Assembly (NCBI GenBank): GCA_002816875.1 | Contig: MUCP01000016.1 | Coordinates: 125 to 64,124, forward strand | From: SAR202 cluster bacterium Io17-Chloro-G2 | Lineage (GTDB): Bacteria > Chloroflexota > Dehalococcoidia > Lucifugimonadales > UBA3495 | Direction: 5' to 3' | DNA: 64,000 bases | The notes under the pieces: generated by a model | Told to the model about the DNA's origin: nothing | The model's input: the letters and a program-made list of their open reading frames with translations, nothing else | Database searches by the model: none | Program-made: the position numbers and the translations under genes | Shown: piece after piece, positions 46,261 through 55,246 of the stretch | Layout: the number at the start of each line of letters is the position of its first letter | Position numbering within the stretch: the first letter of the stretch is position 1

Positions 46261-46635
46261 GTGGGAAGGACAGAAGTACAGGCCAAAGTCATTGGGGACA
46301 ATGAGACCAGGGAGTACACCTTCTTAATTGATACCGGCGCCACTTACCTCTCTCTGCCGTTGAGGGAGATCGAGGCTCTTGGCCTCAGAAAAGGTGCGGG
46401 GAGGCTCCGGTTAATGAGGGCAACAGGTATAGTTAATGTTGACACCTTTTTTGCTGATGGAGAATTGATGGGGCAGCAGTTCAGCGCGATTCTGGTTCCC
46501 GCATCCATCCCTCTAATCGGATATGAGTTGCTGGAAAACCTGAGATTTAGGGTCAATCCCGTAACTCAGGAAATCGAGAAGGTCCCCGACGACGAGGTCC
46601 ACCCTCCTTACTTATTGTTGATACGAGAGCCGTAG
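46261..46635 (+). CDS. Single-domain retropepsin-like (clan AA) aspartic protease, copy 1
   Basis: FLIDTGATYLSLP (D-T-G) and a late LIGYELLENL flap/dimer-like segment. Confidence 0.7.
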   Translation: MGRTEVQAKVIGDNETREYTFLIDTGATYLSLPLREIEALGLRKGAGRLRLMRATGIVNVDTFFADGELMGQQFSAILVPASIPLIGYELLENLRFRVNPVTQEIEKVPDDEVHPPYLLLIREP

Positions 46636-46639
46636 CCTG

Positions 46640-46666
46640 GACCTGAAATGGGGAGACACGGAGTAG
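46640..46666 (+). repeat. polA 3'-terminal repeat, copy C (12-nt internal deletion)
   Basis: gacctgaaatggggagacac|ggagtag: 19/20 identical to copy A, then ggagta. Confidence 0.8.
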
Positions 46667-47550
46667 CGGGCGTGGACCTATTACGTAGCTTGATATTCGT
46701 GCCGGGCAACCGGGCCAACATGTTGGAGAGGGCCAAGGACTTCAAGGCCGACGTCATCATGGTGGACTTGGAAGATTCGGTCCCGCCGGGAGAGAAGGTT
46801 GCGGCCCGGGATATCGCCCGGGAGTGGGTCCCCCAACTGGCCGGTAAAGGCCGGCGGGTGATGGTAAGACTGAACTCCCTGGACACAGGCCTGACCAAAG
46901 ATGAATTGGCCTCCGTCATCGGCCCCCACCTTGCCGGTATAAGCATCGGCAAGGCCGAGACAATCTGGGACCTGCAGGAGATCGACAACCTGATCGGTCC
47001 ACTGGAATCCGCGGCCGGGCTTCCGGCAGGCCAGATCAAGGTCATCCCGTGGATCGAAAACGCCAGGGCTGTCTTGACTGCCTACCAGCTAGCCACCGCC
47101 TCGCCCCGAATCGAAGCCATCGCCTTTGGGGCCGAGGATTACACCGATGACATGGGAGTTCAACGCACCGACACCAGCGAAGAGATCTACTTTGCCCGAG
47201 CCACCGTGGCCGTTGCCGCCAGGGCCGCCAGGGTTGGGTCATTGGACACGCCGTTCGTGGGATTCAGAGACACCGATGGGTTCCGAGCAGACATTGAGGT
47301 CAGCCGGCGGTTGGGATACACGGGCAGGTTCGCCATCCATCCGTCGCAGATCGAGATAATCAACGAATTGTTCGGGCCTTCTCCTGAAGAACTAGACTAT
47401 GCACGGCAGGTGGTAGAAGCGTGGGACCAAGCCGAGGCCCAGGGAAGGGGTTCCCTGTCGATTGATGGCCGTATGATCGACGTCCCGGTGGTCAAGCGCG
47501 CCCAGAACTTATTGGCCCTGGCCGAACGGATCCAGCGGACTGATCGCTGA
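46648..47550 (+). CDS. HpcH/HpaI aldolase / citrate-lyase beta (CitE, malyl-CoA-lyase-like)
   Basis: LRSLIFVPGNRANMLERA...DVIMVDLEDSV...FGAEDY...IHPSQI. ATG 46648 lies inside repeat copy C, so GTG 46672 is an alternative start. Confidence 0.85.
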   Translation: MGRHGVAGVDLLRSLIFVPGNRANMLERAKDFKADVIMVDLEDSVPPGEKVAARDIAREWVPQLAGKGRRVMVRLNSLDTGLTKDELASVIGPHLAGISIGKAETIWDLQEIDNLIGPLESAAGLPAGQIKVIPWIENARAVLTAYQLATASPRIEAIAFGAEDYTDDMGVQRTDTSEEIYFARATVAVAARAARVGSLDTPFVGFRDTDGFRADIEVSRRLGYTGRFAIHPSQIEIINELFGPSPEELDYARQVVEAWDQAEAQGRGSLSIDGRMIDVPVVKRAQNLLALAERIQRTDR

Positions 47551-47556
47551 CCGCTG

Positions 47557-47940
47557 ATGGCTGAAAGCTCCAACCCACCCGACCGCATCATTCTGGAAGG
47601 GATGCGGTTCTACGGTTTCCACGGCGTCAACCCAGAGGAAAAAGCCCTGGGACAGCCTTACCTGGTTGATTTAACGGTTGAGTTGGACCTGCGGGGCCCT
47701 GGCCGGACCGACCGGCTGGAAGACACCGTCAACTATACTGATCTTTACCGCGCGGTTCGCGGTGTGTTGGAGGGCGAGTCCAAAAACCTGCTGGAGGCCG
47801 CCGCCCAGGCCATCGCCAGCCGCATTTTGGAAGGATTCCCAGTTCAAGCGGTGCGGGTGCGGGTCAACAAACCCCAGCCGCCGATAAGGGCCTCGGTCAT
47901 CGAAAACGCATCTGTGGAGATTTACCGCCGGCGGGAATGA
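47557..47940 (+). CDS. folB: Dihydroneopterin aldolase
   Basis: IILEGMRFYGFHGVNPEEKALGQPYLVDL...DTVNYTDLY. Confidence 0.88.
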   Translation: MAESSNPPDRIILEGMRFYGFHGVNPEEKALGQPYLVDLTVELDLRGPGRTDRLEDTVNYTDLYRAVRGVLEGESKNLLEAAAQAIASRILEGFPVQAVRVRVNKPQPPIRASVIENASVEIYRRRE

Positions 47941-48087
47941 GACCCAAATCCTCTGTGCTTGCCTGGCCTGGTGCTTGCCACCTTTCGCAGGGAAATGGTA
48001 ACCTGGTAACGCCATCAGGTTGATATCTTTAAGTTTAATCCAACGGCGCACTGGTACGGATTTCAGAGAAACAGGTCACCATTAATC

Positions 48088-48303
48088 ATGAGATGTGAGA
48101 TTTGCTTAAAGTCTGGTATGAGCGGCAACAACGTGAGCCACTCCAACCGGCATACCAAGACCAGATTCAAGGCCAACGTTCATAAGCAGACGGTGTTTCA
48201 AGACGGCAAGCATATCAAAGTAAAGATATGCAGCCGTTGTCTGCGTTCGGTGAACAAGTCACCCAAGTTTAAGAAGGCATTGGCCGCGCTGGCGCCCCAT
48301 TAG
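48088..48303 (+). CDS. rpmB: 50S ribosomal protein L28
   Basis: CEICLKSGMSGNNVSHSNRHTKTRFKANV...ICSRCLR. Confidence 0.88.
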   Translation: MRCEICLKSGMSGNNVSHSNRHTKTRFKANVHKQTVFQDGKHIKVKICSRCLRSVNKSPKFKKALAALAPH

Positions 48304-48317
48304 TTGGTCCAGCCTGA

Positions 48318-49022
48318 TCACCCCGGAACCAGCCCGGCCAAACACGATCTCATACGGCCCATGGCCTGGTGTACCGTCTCTTCCCGGTTATAAATACCGG
48401 AACCCGACACCAGCATCGATGCCCCGGCCTTCACCGAGTCTTGAGCCGTCCAATCGGCTTTGATGCCCCCGTCCACCATGATTCGGGTCCCATAACCGCC
48501 CCTCTTGATCTCTTGCCGCAGCCTTTTTACTTTATCCACGGCCAATGGGATGAAGCTTTGGCCCGAGAACCCCGGATTGACCGACATCACCAGGGCAATG
48601 TCCAACAGGGGAAGTAGATCTTCCAGGGCCGAAACCGGCGTAGCCGGGTTGATGGCCACACCCACCTCGTTGCCCTCTTCCTTGATGCGGGTGACGGTGC
48701 GGTGCAAGTGGGTGCAGGCTTCGGCATGGACGATTATCTGGTCGGTGGAAGCCTTCATAAAGGTGTGCAGGAGGTTGTCGGGCTCCTTGATCATCAGGTG
48801 GATGTTCAAGGGAAGATGGGTCGACCGGCGTATGGCGTCCACCAAAACCTCGCCGAACGATATATTGGGCACAAACTGCCCATCCATCACGTCCACGTGG
48901 ATCAGGTCGGCGCCGGCATCGGTGGCTTCCTTAACCTGATCGTCCAGATTGGCGAAGTCGGCCGATAACACCGAAGGCGCGATCTGCACGTAACCCTCAG
49001 CAACCCCTCGCTCAGAAACCAT
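48318..49022 (-). CDS. rpe: Ribulose-phosphate 3-epimerase
   Basis: IAPSVLSADFANL...HVDVMDGQFVPNISFG...MSVNPGFSGQ.FI...VDGGI. Confidence 0.95.
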   Translation of the reverse strand: MVSERGVAEGYVQIAPSVLSADFANLDDQVKEATDAGADLIHVDVMDGQFVPNISFGEVLVDAIRRSTHLPLNIHLMIKEPDNLLHTFMKASTDQIIVHAEACTHLHRTVTRIKEEGNEVGVAINPATPVSALEDLLPLLDIALVMSVNPGFSGQSFIPLAVDKVKRLRQEIKRGGYGTRIMVDGGIKADWTAQDSVKAGASMLVSGSGIYNREETVHQAMGRMRSCLAGLVPG

Positions 49023-50361
49023 TCCGGGCCTCCAACAAAAGCTCCTTGGCTTGCTTCAACTCTTCGGCCACCCGCCTGGGCGCGGTGCCGCCGGGGTTGT
49101 CCCTAGCGGCGATGGACGATTCGGCGGTTATCTGGAAGACATCTTCCGCGAAGTGCTCCGAGAACCGCCGGTACTCCTCCAAAGTCAGGTCTCCTAAGGC
49201 CGTGCCGCTGGACTCGCAATGCTCGCAGACCTCCCGCATGACGCCGTGAGCCTGGCGGAAGGGCACACCTTTGCCCACCAGGTAGTCGGCGAGGTCCGTG
49301 GCAAGCATGTAGCTTTCACCAGCCAGCGACGTCACCCGGTCCACGTCCAAGGTCAGGCCGCCAAGCATGCCTTGAAAAACCCCCAATGTAGGTAACAGGG
49401 TGTCCACGGTGTCAAAAATGCCCTCTTTGTCTTCTTGCAGGTCACGGTTATAGGTTAATGGCAAGCCCTTTAGCACGGTTAGGATGGCCATCAGGTTTCC
49501 GTAGACCCGGCCGGTGCGTCCCCTGGCCAGCTCTGCGAAGTCCGGGTTGCGTTTCTGGGGCATGATGCTGCTGCCGGTGGTGAACGCGTCGGGTAGCCTT
49601 ATGAACTGGAATTCCCGGCTGGACCAAAGGACCAGTTCCTCGGCCAATCTGGAGAAATGCATCATGCACAGAGAGGCCGCCGCCAAGAATTCCGCCACGA
49701 AATCCCGGTCGGAAACCGCGTCCATACTGTTGGCGCTGACGGCGGCGAAACCCAGTTCTTTTGCTAGAAATTCCCGGTCGGTGGGATAGGGGACTCCCGC
49801 CAGGGCGCCGCTGCCCAAGGGCAGGACGTCCAGACGGTGGTGGCAGTCACGGAACCGGGAGACATCGCGCTGGAACATCTGGAAATAGGCCAGCATATGG
49901 TGGGAGAAGAGAACGGGTTGGGCCCGTTGCAAATGAGTGTATCCCGGCATCAATACGCCGGGGTATTTTTCGGCCAGGGCGACCAACGCCTCCTGGACCC
50001 CCCGTAGCCCTTCCGCGGTCTGGCTGCCTGCCTCTTTCACGTACAACCGCATGTCAAGGGCGACTTGGTCGTTGCGCGAGCGCCCCGTGTGCAGCCTCCC
50101 GGCAGTTGAACCGATGTGGTGGTCTAGCCGGGACTCGATGTTCATGTGCAGGTCTTCCAAAGACGCGTCCCAGGGGAAGCTGCCGTCTTGGATCTCGACC
50201 AGTATCTTTTCCAGCCCCTGGTTTATCTGCCGTAAGTCTTCATCGCTGATGATCCCGGTTTTGGCCAGCATCCTGGCGTGGGCCATGGACCCGGCGATGT
50301 CGTGGCGAAAAAGCCGGCGGTCGTAGTGGATGGATACGGTGTAGTCGTCGTAACTGGGCAT
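49012..50361 (-). CDS. argH: Argininosuccinate lyase (the annotated ORF lacks the usual N-terminal WGGRF segment)
   Basis: HTGRSRNDQV, GYTHLQRAQP, SSIMPQKRNPD. It starts at ...SIHYDRRLFRHDIAGS. Confidence 0.93.
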   Translation of the reverse strand: MPSYDDYTVSIHYDRRLFRHDIAGSMAHARMLAKTGIISDEDLRQINQGLEKILVEIQDGSFPWDASLEDLHMNIESRLDHHIGSTAGRLHTGRSRNDQVALDMRLYVKEAGSQTAEGLRGVQEALVALAEKYPGVLMPGYTHLQRAQPVLFSHHMLAYFQMFQRDVSRFRDCHHRLDVLPLGSGALAGVPYPTDREFLAKELGFAAVSANSMDAVSDRDFVAEFLAAASLCMMHFSRLAEELVLWSSREFQFIRLPDAFTTGSSIMPQKRNPDFAELARGRTGRVYGNLMAILTVLKGLPLTYNRDLQEDKEGIFDTVDTLLPTLGVFQGMLGGLTLDVDRVTSLAGESYMLATDLADYLVGKGVPFRQAHGVMREVCEHCESSGTALGDLTLEEYRRFSEHFAEDVFQITAESSIAARDNPGGTAPRRVAEELKQAKELLLEARNGF

Positions 50362-50364
50362 CGA

Positions 50365-50754
50365 TCAGGCAAGGGTAGGATTGGGGCGCTCAAAGCCGCC
50401 CAGAAGCATGGGCAAAGGCAGTAACTCCCGCCGAAGGGGGTCCAAGCCAAGGCCCAGCGACTCTAAAGTTAACGCTCCCAGAAGTAGGCTGTCTTCCTCT
50501 TCGCCGAAGATGACATCGGCGCCACCCACGCGATCGCCATATCTGAAAAGTGCGATACCCTTCTTGCGGACGATCTTGGACCCGTCTGCCAGCCGGAATT
50601 CCTGCTCCGACAGGGATTGGATACCAAGCCTTTCCAACACCGGAGTTGAAACCACGGAATATATAGCCCCTGAGTCGATGAGAAACTCGATCTTTTCAGT
50701 TACATCAGGGGAAGACGGGTTGCCCACCCCAATTTCTAAAACAGTCAGTCCCAT
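50365..50754 (-). CDS. Single-domain retropepsin-like (clan AA) aspartic protease, copy 2
   Basis: FLIDSGAIYSVV (D-S-G), LLGALTLESLGL. It is in the same frame as argH, separated only by TGA-TCG. Confidence 0.7.
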   Translation of the reverse strand: MGLTVLEIGVGNPSSPDVTEKIEFLIDSGAIYSVVSTPVLERLGIQSLSEQEFRLADGSKIVRKKGIALFRYGDRVGGADVIFGEEEDSLLLGALTLESLGLGLDPLRRELLPLPMLLGGFERPNPTLA

Positions 50755-50757
50755 GGC

Positions 50758-51591
50758 CTATTTCGCTCCGGAGTTAAGGCCATGCAAATAGCTGTAGCTC
50801 TCGGAAAGGTTATCGAACACGTTTTCGTGGGGCGGTATCTCCATGATGGCCGCACCCTGGTAACCCTTGGTTTCCAGCAGTCGCATCAACCTCCGGCAGT
50901 CCAGGTCGCCATCGTCCACCGCGGGATGGGGACTGCCGCCGCCGGCCTGCTTGAAGTGGATTATCTTGATCATATCCACCGGCATGGCATCCAATTCCGC
51001 CAGCGGATCGCTGCCGGGAAACCGGCGGAGTTGATTGGTGGGGTCGGGGCAAAGACCCAAAAAGGCCCCTTCGCTTTCAGACATGGCAGCCCTGGCCTGA
51101 TTGACTAAGAGGGCCATGCTGCGGATGGGCTGGCCCGAATTTTCCACGGAAATCGTCACGCCCTGGCGGGCGGCTTCCTTGGCCAGATCCGCCAAGCCCA
51201 TTGCCTCCTCGGGTATATCGCCCGATGACTCCCAGACCGATTCCGCCGGAGCGGGGTCTACGAGCCGCAGGTGGGGTTGGGTTCGTCCCACTACTTTGGC
51301 GCCCTCCAGCGCCGCTTGGAATTGCTCTCCCATGGGGTCTACCCGCTGGGATAAACATGGCAGGGCCATGGCCAAGTCGAAGGAAAGACCCGGAAATTGG
51401 TCCACCAGAGATCTTAGGTTAGACAACACCGGCCGCCAGTCCTGGTCTTTGCCGGTCTCGCAGGATCCCAAACAGGTCTGGCGCAGTTCGATATGCTTGG
51501 AATTGCGGGATTGGGCCTCTTGGACCAGGGGCAACAAATCGCCTTGCTCAAGCTGCAAACGCCAGGAATTGGTGATGGCGCCGAATATCAT
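50758..51591 (-). CDS. Sugar-phosphate isomerase/epimerase (xylose-isomerase-like TIM barrel)
   Basis: Length and pattern ...HIELRQ..., ISVENSG, HFKQ, AIMEIPPH. Moderate recognition. Confidence 0.65.
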   Translation of the reverse strand: MIFGAITNSWRLQLEQGDLLPLVQEAQSRNSKHIELRQTCLGSCETGKDQDWRPVLSNLRSLVDQFPGLSFDLAMALPCLSQRVDPMGEQFQAALEGAKVVGRTQPHLRLVDPAPAESVWESSGDIPEEAMGLADLAKEAARQGVTISVENSGQPIRSMALLVNQARAAMSESEGAFLGLCPDPTNQLRRFPGSDPLAELDAMPVDMIKIIHFKQAGGGSPHPAVDDGDLDCRRLMRLLETKGYQGAAIMEIPPHENVFDNLSESYSYLHGLNSGAK

Positions 51592-51678
51592 GTGCGAACC
51601 TCCAGGGTGTCTAGCAGGTTATTTCTCGTCAAACATATCTTATGATTTGGCAAGAAATTTGTCACTCCCGCCATGAAT

Positions 51679-51885
51679 CAGGGCAATCGTGTCTTAAATG
51701 GTACCGGTTGGCCCAGCTTCGTCGCTCCGGCGCAAGCCGGAGTCCAAGCGTGCAATTGTTCCCATGAGCATTGTTTGCAGCTGAAAAGGATTTCTGGATT
51801 CCGGCCTGCGCCGGAATGACAGTTAGACCCGGATGTGGGTGGCCTGCATAATCCTACATGCATGGGTTAAGACGCGATTGCCCTG
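51679..51885 (+). mobile_element. MITE-like non-autonomous element, copy 2
   Basis: TIR cagggcaatcgtgtcttaa / ttaagacgcgattgccctg. It is flanked by the 10-bp direct repeat cgccatgaat (51669-51678 and 51886-51895). Confidence 0.85.
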
Positions 51886-52031
51886 CGCCATGAATAGCAA
51901 CGCGGAGAAGCGCAATACGGCCTCGCTAAGCCGGCGCCCGCCGTATGGCGGGACGCTATGCTAATATTAGCCGGAAGCTGGGACTTGCTACATCCAGCGA
52001 AGCCTGAATCGTTACAGTAAGGAGTTCAGTT

Positions 52032-52379
52032 GTGAGTGCCCTCAATCAGGAAAAATGCGTTGCCTGCCGGCGGGATTCGCCCCATGTCACCCCCGATGAG
52101 TTAAACGAATTACTTCCTCGGGTATCCGATTGGCGCCTGGTGGAGGAAGACGGAATCAGAAAATTGGACCGGCCGTTTCGGTTCGCCAACTTTCAGGCTG
52201 CGCTGGAGTTCACCAACCGCGTGGGGGAATTGGCGGAGGAGGAGGGGCACCATCCCAGGCTCATCACGGAATGGGGAAGCGTGAAGGTCACATGGTGGAC
52301 CCACAAGATAAAAAATCTGCACCGAAACGATTTCGTGATGGCGGCAAAGTCTGATATGCTTTACGCTGGTATGTCCTAA
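52032..52379 (+). CDS. Pterin-4a-carbinolamine dehydratase (PCD/DCoH)
   Basis: ...FANFQAALEFTNRVGELAEEEGHHPRLITEWGSVKVTWWTHKI; AAGGAG RBS before the GTG start. Confidence 0.88.
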   Translation: MSALNQEKCVACRRDSPHVTPDELNELLPRVSDWRLVEEDGIRKLDRPFRFANFQAALEFTNRVGELAEEEGHHPRLITEWGSVKVTWWTHKIKNLHRNDFVMAAKSDMLYAGMS

Positions 52380-52530
52380 TGGTTATAATGCCGAATCGTT
52401 ATCATAGATTATTACTTGATGTCAATCGATAACCACTTGGCACGGCCCAAGCAAACTATAGTGCCACGTGCCGTTACGATACCCTGGATAGACACTCAAA
52501 TAGGCCGGATCGATGGCCGCCTTTACATAA

Positions 52531-55155
52531 ATGGCGAACAATCTCTCTAAACCTGGGCCAAAAGGCGGGGTTGATCTGATTCACGCCGCTGTGGTCCCTC
52601 TATCCGATTCGCACATAGCCGAAGCGTGCCTACAATTCGCCTCCCAAATCACACCCGTTCTTCCCATGGAAAGAATGGCCATTGTGCTGTTGGAGCCTGA
52701 AGGTGACACTAGCAGAGTAGTCTATTCATGGGCGAACCCTGCTATTTCCTGCCCGTCTCTAGCGAATCCGGTTGGCGTCAGTGTAACCCTGCCCGAAAGA
52801 ACTCTTCCCTTTCCTAGTCCTCCTCTACGTATCTCACTCAACGGGCACGGGGGACTGTTGGGAGAGGTATTGGTAAGAGGTTTTGGGCCGGAAGTGTACA
52901 GCCCGCCCCGCCGGGAGTTGGTTCAGGAATGCGCGGACCGCCTGGCGTTGGCCTTGGAAAATATCAGGTTGGTACGCTGTTTGAATGGCAACCAACTAGT
53001 TAAACGTGCGGTGCAAAGCGTCAGTCAAGCAGCGGCGCCAGGGGTGCCTCATGATCGGGTTTTCCGGCATTTTGCCGCGGAAATCAAGGAGTTGGTTGAA
53101 TTCCAACGCCTCAGAATATATTGGGTCAGTCAAGAATCAGACCTGGCAATGTGCGCCTACCAAACCGGCCAAGGCATGCGCCGCTGCCGGCCGGGAGAGA
53201 CTTTGAAGTTGTCTGACAGCGGGCTGGGAGAAACGGCCGCCAATGGGGAAAGCCGGATATTCCAGGACCTATCGGAATGTGCAAGGCCGGTAGTGTGGAA
53301 CCAAATGACGCCAACGGGAATGAGGTCCGCGTTGCTGGCCCCGGTGCTCCATCACGGTATCGCCGTAGGAATGGTTCTCTTGGAACACAGGCTGCCTCAG
53401 GCCTATGGGACCGTAGATCAAACTTGCTTGGAAGAGATTGTTGCAGCGCTTTCACCCTCTATGGCGCACCTGCCATCCCCAATTCATCTTGCCGGGAACC
53501 GGCTTGAACCGGCTTACCAGGATGTTCGGCGAGAGTTGGCCAGCATCTTGGGCGCGTCCTTGTCGATGGAAGAAGTTTTCCCTCCCTTCGTCGGTACCCT
53601 TGATAAAGTGGTTCCAATTGACCGCGCGGGCATCTCCTGGATAGACCCCAATGGATATGATTATCGTGATCTTTGGGCATCTCCTGCCACGGGGATACTT
53701 GATCCTGATTTGATACCGGCCACAGGCGTACCCACCGGCATTTCAATCGACACCCAGCTGGATTTCAAAGAGGAAACTATCGGGACTTTGACCATCTGCC
53801 GGGACCGGGGCAAGGGCTTTACCATTCAGGAGCAGACCATCCTAGTTCAGATGGGGGTTCAGATCTCCCCGGTGGTTCAGAGCAACCGCCTTTATGTCCA
53901 TGCCAAGCGGCAAGCATTTCAGCTTCAACAGCTAAGAAAAGGGGAAATGCTGCCAGACCCGGTAGAAAGCCTCACATCCTTGACCGAGGCTCTTGGCGAC
54001 CAGACGGCGAGTATCGGCCAAGCGGAATGGTATGCTGTCTTTATGCCTGACCACCAATCGCTGGGACCGTCAACCATAGCCGACGGTATTGTTCATGAGC
54101 AAGGATCGCCGAAAGCCCTCACGGAAGAGATTGAGGGCCTGGCTGCTCATTGCTTCGAAAAAGGGGCGCCGGTCCGGCGGTCTCTGCCTCACCGGCCCGA
54201 ACCGGCCGCCGTCGATCAGTCTCCAGCCAAAGACCAACCAACAGCGTTTTCCCAAGAGCGGTCTTGGGAATGCCTCGCCTTACCGTTGCAGAATTCCGTA
54301 GAAAAGACCGGTGTGCTGATGTTAGGACGAGGCGAGGGGTTTGCCTGGACCAAGGAAGAGGTTTGCTTGTTGGAAGCCTTCGTCGGAGAAGCCGCCAACG
54401 AGATAGAGTCGGCCCGCCGCAAGGATGCCGGGAATCGAACTGATTCTGGCAAACTTGAAAGCCGTTTGAAACCACTTCACCAGGAGTTGTTGGCTGAAAC
54501 CTCCCGGTCATTGCGCAGCCCCCTTACTTCGATCAAGGGCTTTAGCAGCACTATGCTGCGTCAAGACATCAGTCGGTCCCAGGAAAGGTACCGGGAGTTC
54601 TTACAAATCATCGAGAGGGAGTCCGATAGGCTGGACCGGGCTGTTTCAGATTTGCTTACACCCACGCAAAAGGAATTGGGGGCTATAGCCCTTAGGCCGG
54701 AGTCTCTCCGAATCGAGGATTTGTTCCACCAAGCCCACGCAAAATGCGCGTTGGATGCGGACCGCCATCTGGTCTCATTCGACTATGAACGAACTTTACC
54801 CAAAGTGCTCGTGGACCCCGCCAGAATGGTTCAGGTCATCACCTATTTGGCTAAAGAAGTTGAACAGGCAAACCCCGGCTGTCACCCCGGTTGTCAAAGA
54901 GTGACGGTTGATGCCAGGTGGCGGGAGGGAAAGCCATCGGTATCCATCGGCCTTGCTGAAGGCGGGGATGCTGCTGCCAACGCCGCGTCCAGCCGGCGGC
55001 ATCATCGCCTTAGGCTAGAGATCTGCCGGACCTTGCTGTCCGCCCATGGACAAAGGCTGGAAACCGTGTGTCCCGGCCTTGGTACAGAAGTCTTCCAGTT
55101 TTTCCTTACGCCGGCAGTTGAATACCAGACCGCTGGCCAATCAAATACAACCTGA
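52531..55155 (+). CDS. Multi-GAF sensor protein with a degenerate histidine-kinase C-terminus (pseudokinase)
   Basis: DHp-like LLAETSRSLRSPLTSIKGFSSTML has Arg (54505-54507) where the phospho-His is expected. The N, G1 and G2 boxes are not recognisable. Confidence 0.75.
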   Translation: MANNLSKPGPKGGVDLIHAAVVPLSDSHIAEACLQFASQITPVLPMERMAIVLLEPEGDTSRVVYSWANPAISCPSLANPVGVSVTLPERTLPFPSPPLRISLNGHGGLLGEVLVRGFGPEVYSPPRRELVQECADRLALALENIRLVRCLNGNQLVKRAVQSVSQAAAPGVPHDRVFRHFAAEIKELVEFQRLRIYWVSQESDLAMCAYQTGQGMRRCRPGETLKLSDSGLGETAANGESRIFQDLSECARPVVWNQMTPTGMRSALLAPVLHHGIAVGMVLLEHRLPQAYGTVDQTCLEEIVAALSPSMAHLPSPIHLAGNRLEPAYQDVRRELASILGASLSMEEVFPPFVGTLDKVVPIDRAGISWIDPNGYDYRDLWASPATGILDPDLIPATGVPTGISIDTQLDFKEETIGTLTICRDRGKGFTIQEQTILVQMGVQISPVVQSNRLYVHAKRQAFQLQQLRKGEMLPDPVESLTSLTEALGDQTASIGQAEWYAVFMPDHQSLGPSTIADGIVHEQGSPKALTEEIEGLAAHCFEKGAPVRRSLPHRPEPAAVDQSPAKDQPTAFSQERSWECLALPLQNSVEKTGVLMLGRGEGFAWTKEEVCLLEAFVGEAANEIESARRKDAGNRTDSGKLESRLKPLHQELLAETSRSLRSPLTSIKGFSSTMLRQDISRSQERYREFLQIIERESDRLDRAVSDLLTPTQKELGAIALRPESLRIEDLFHQAHAKCALDADRHLVSFDYERTLPKVLVDPARMVQVITYLAKEVEQANPGCHPGCQRVTVDARWREGKPSVSIGLAEGGDAAANAASSRRHHRLRLEICRTLLSAHGQRLETVCPGLGTEVFQFFLTPAVEYQTAGQSNTT

Positions 55156-55246
55156 TTAGGAGCCCTGAGGTATACTTGGGAGGCTCCTAATATATGGTGC
55201 CGGTTCCGGGGCTAGAGGCCTCCCGGACTTGCGGTCGGAGGGTTGT

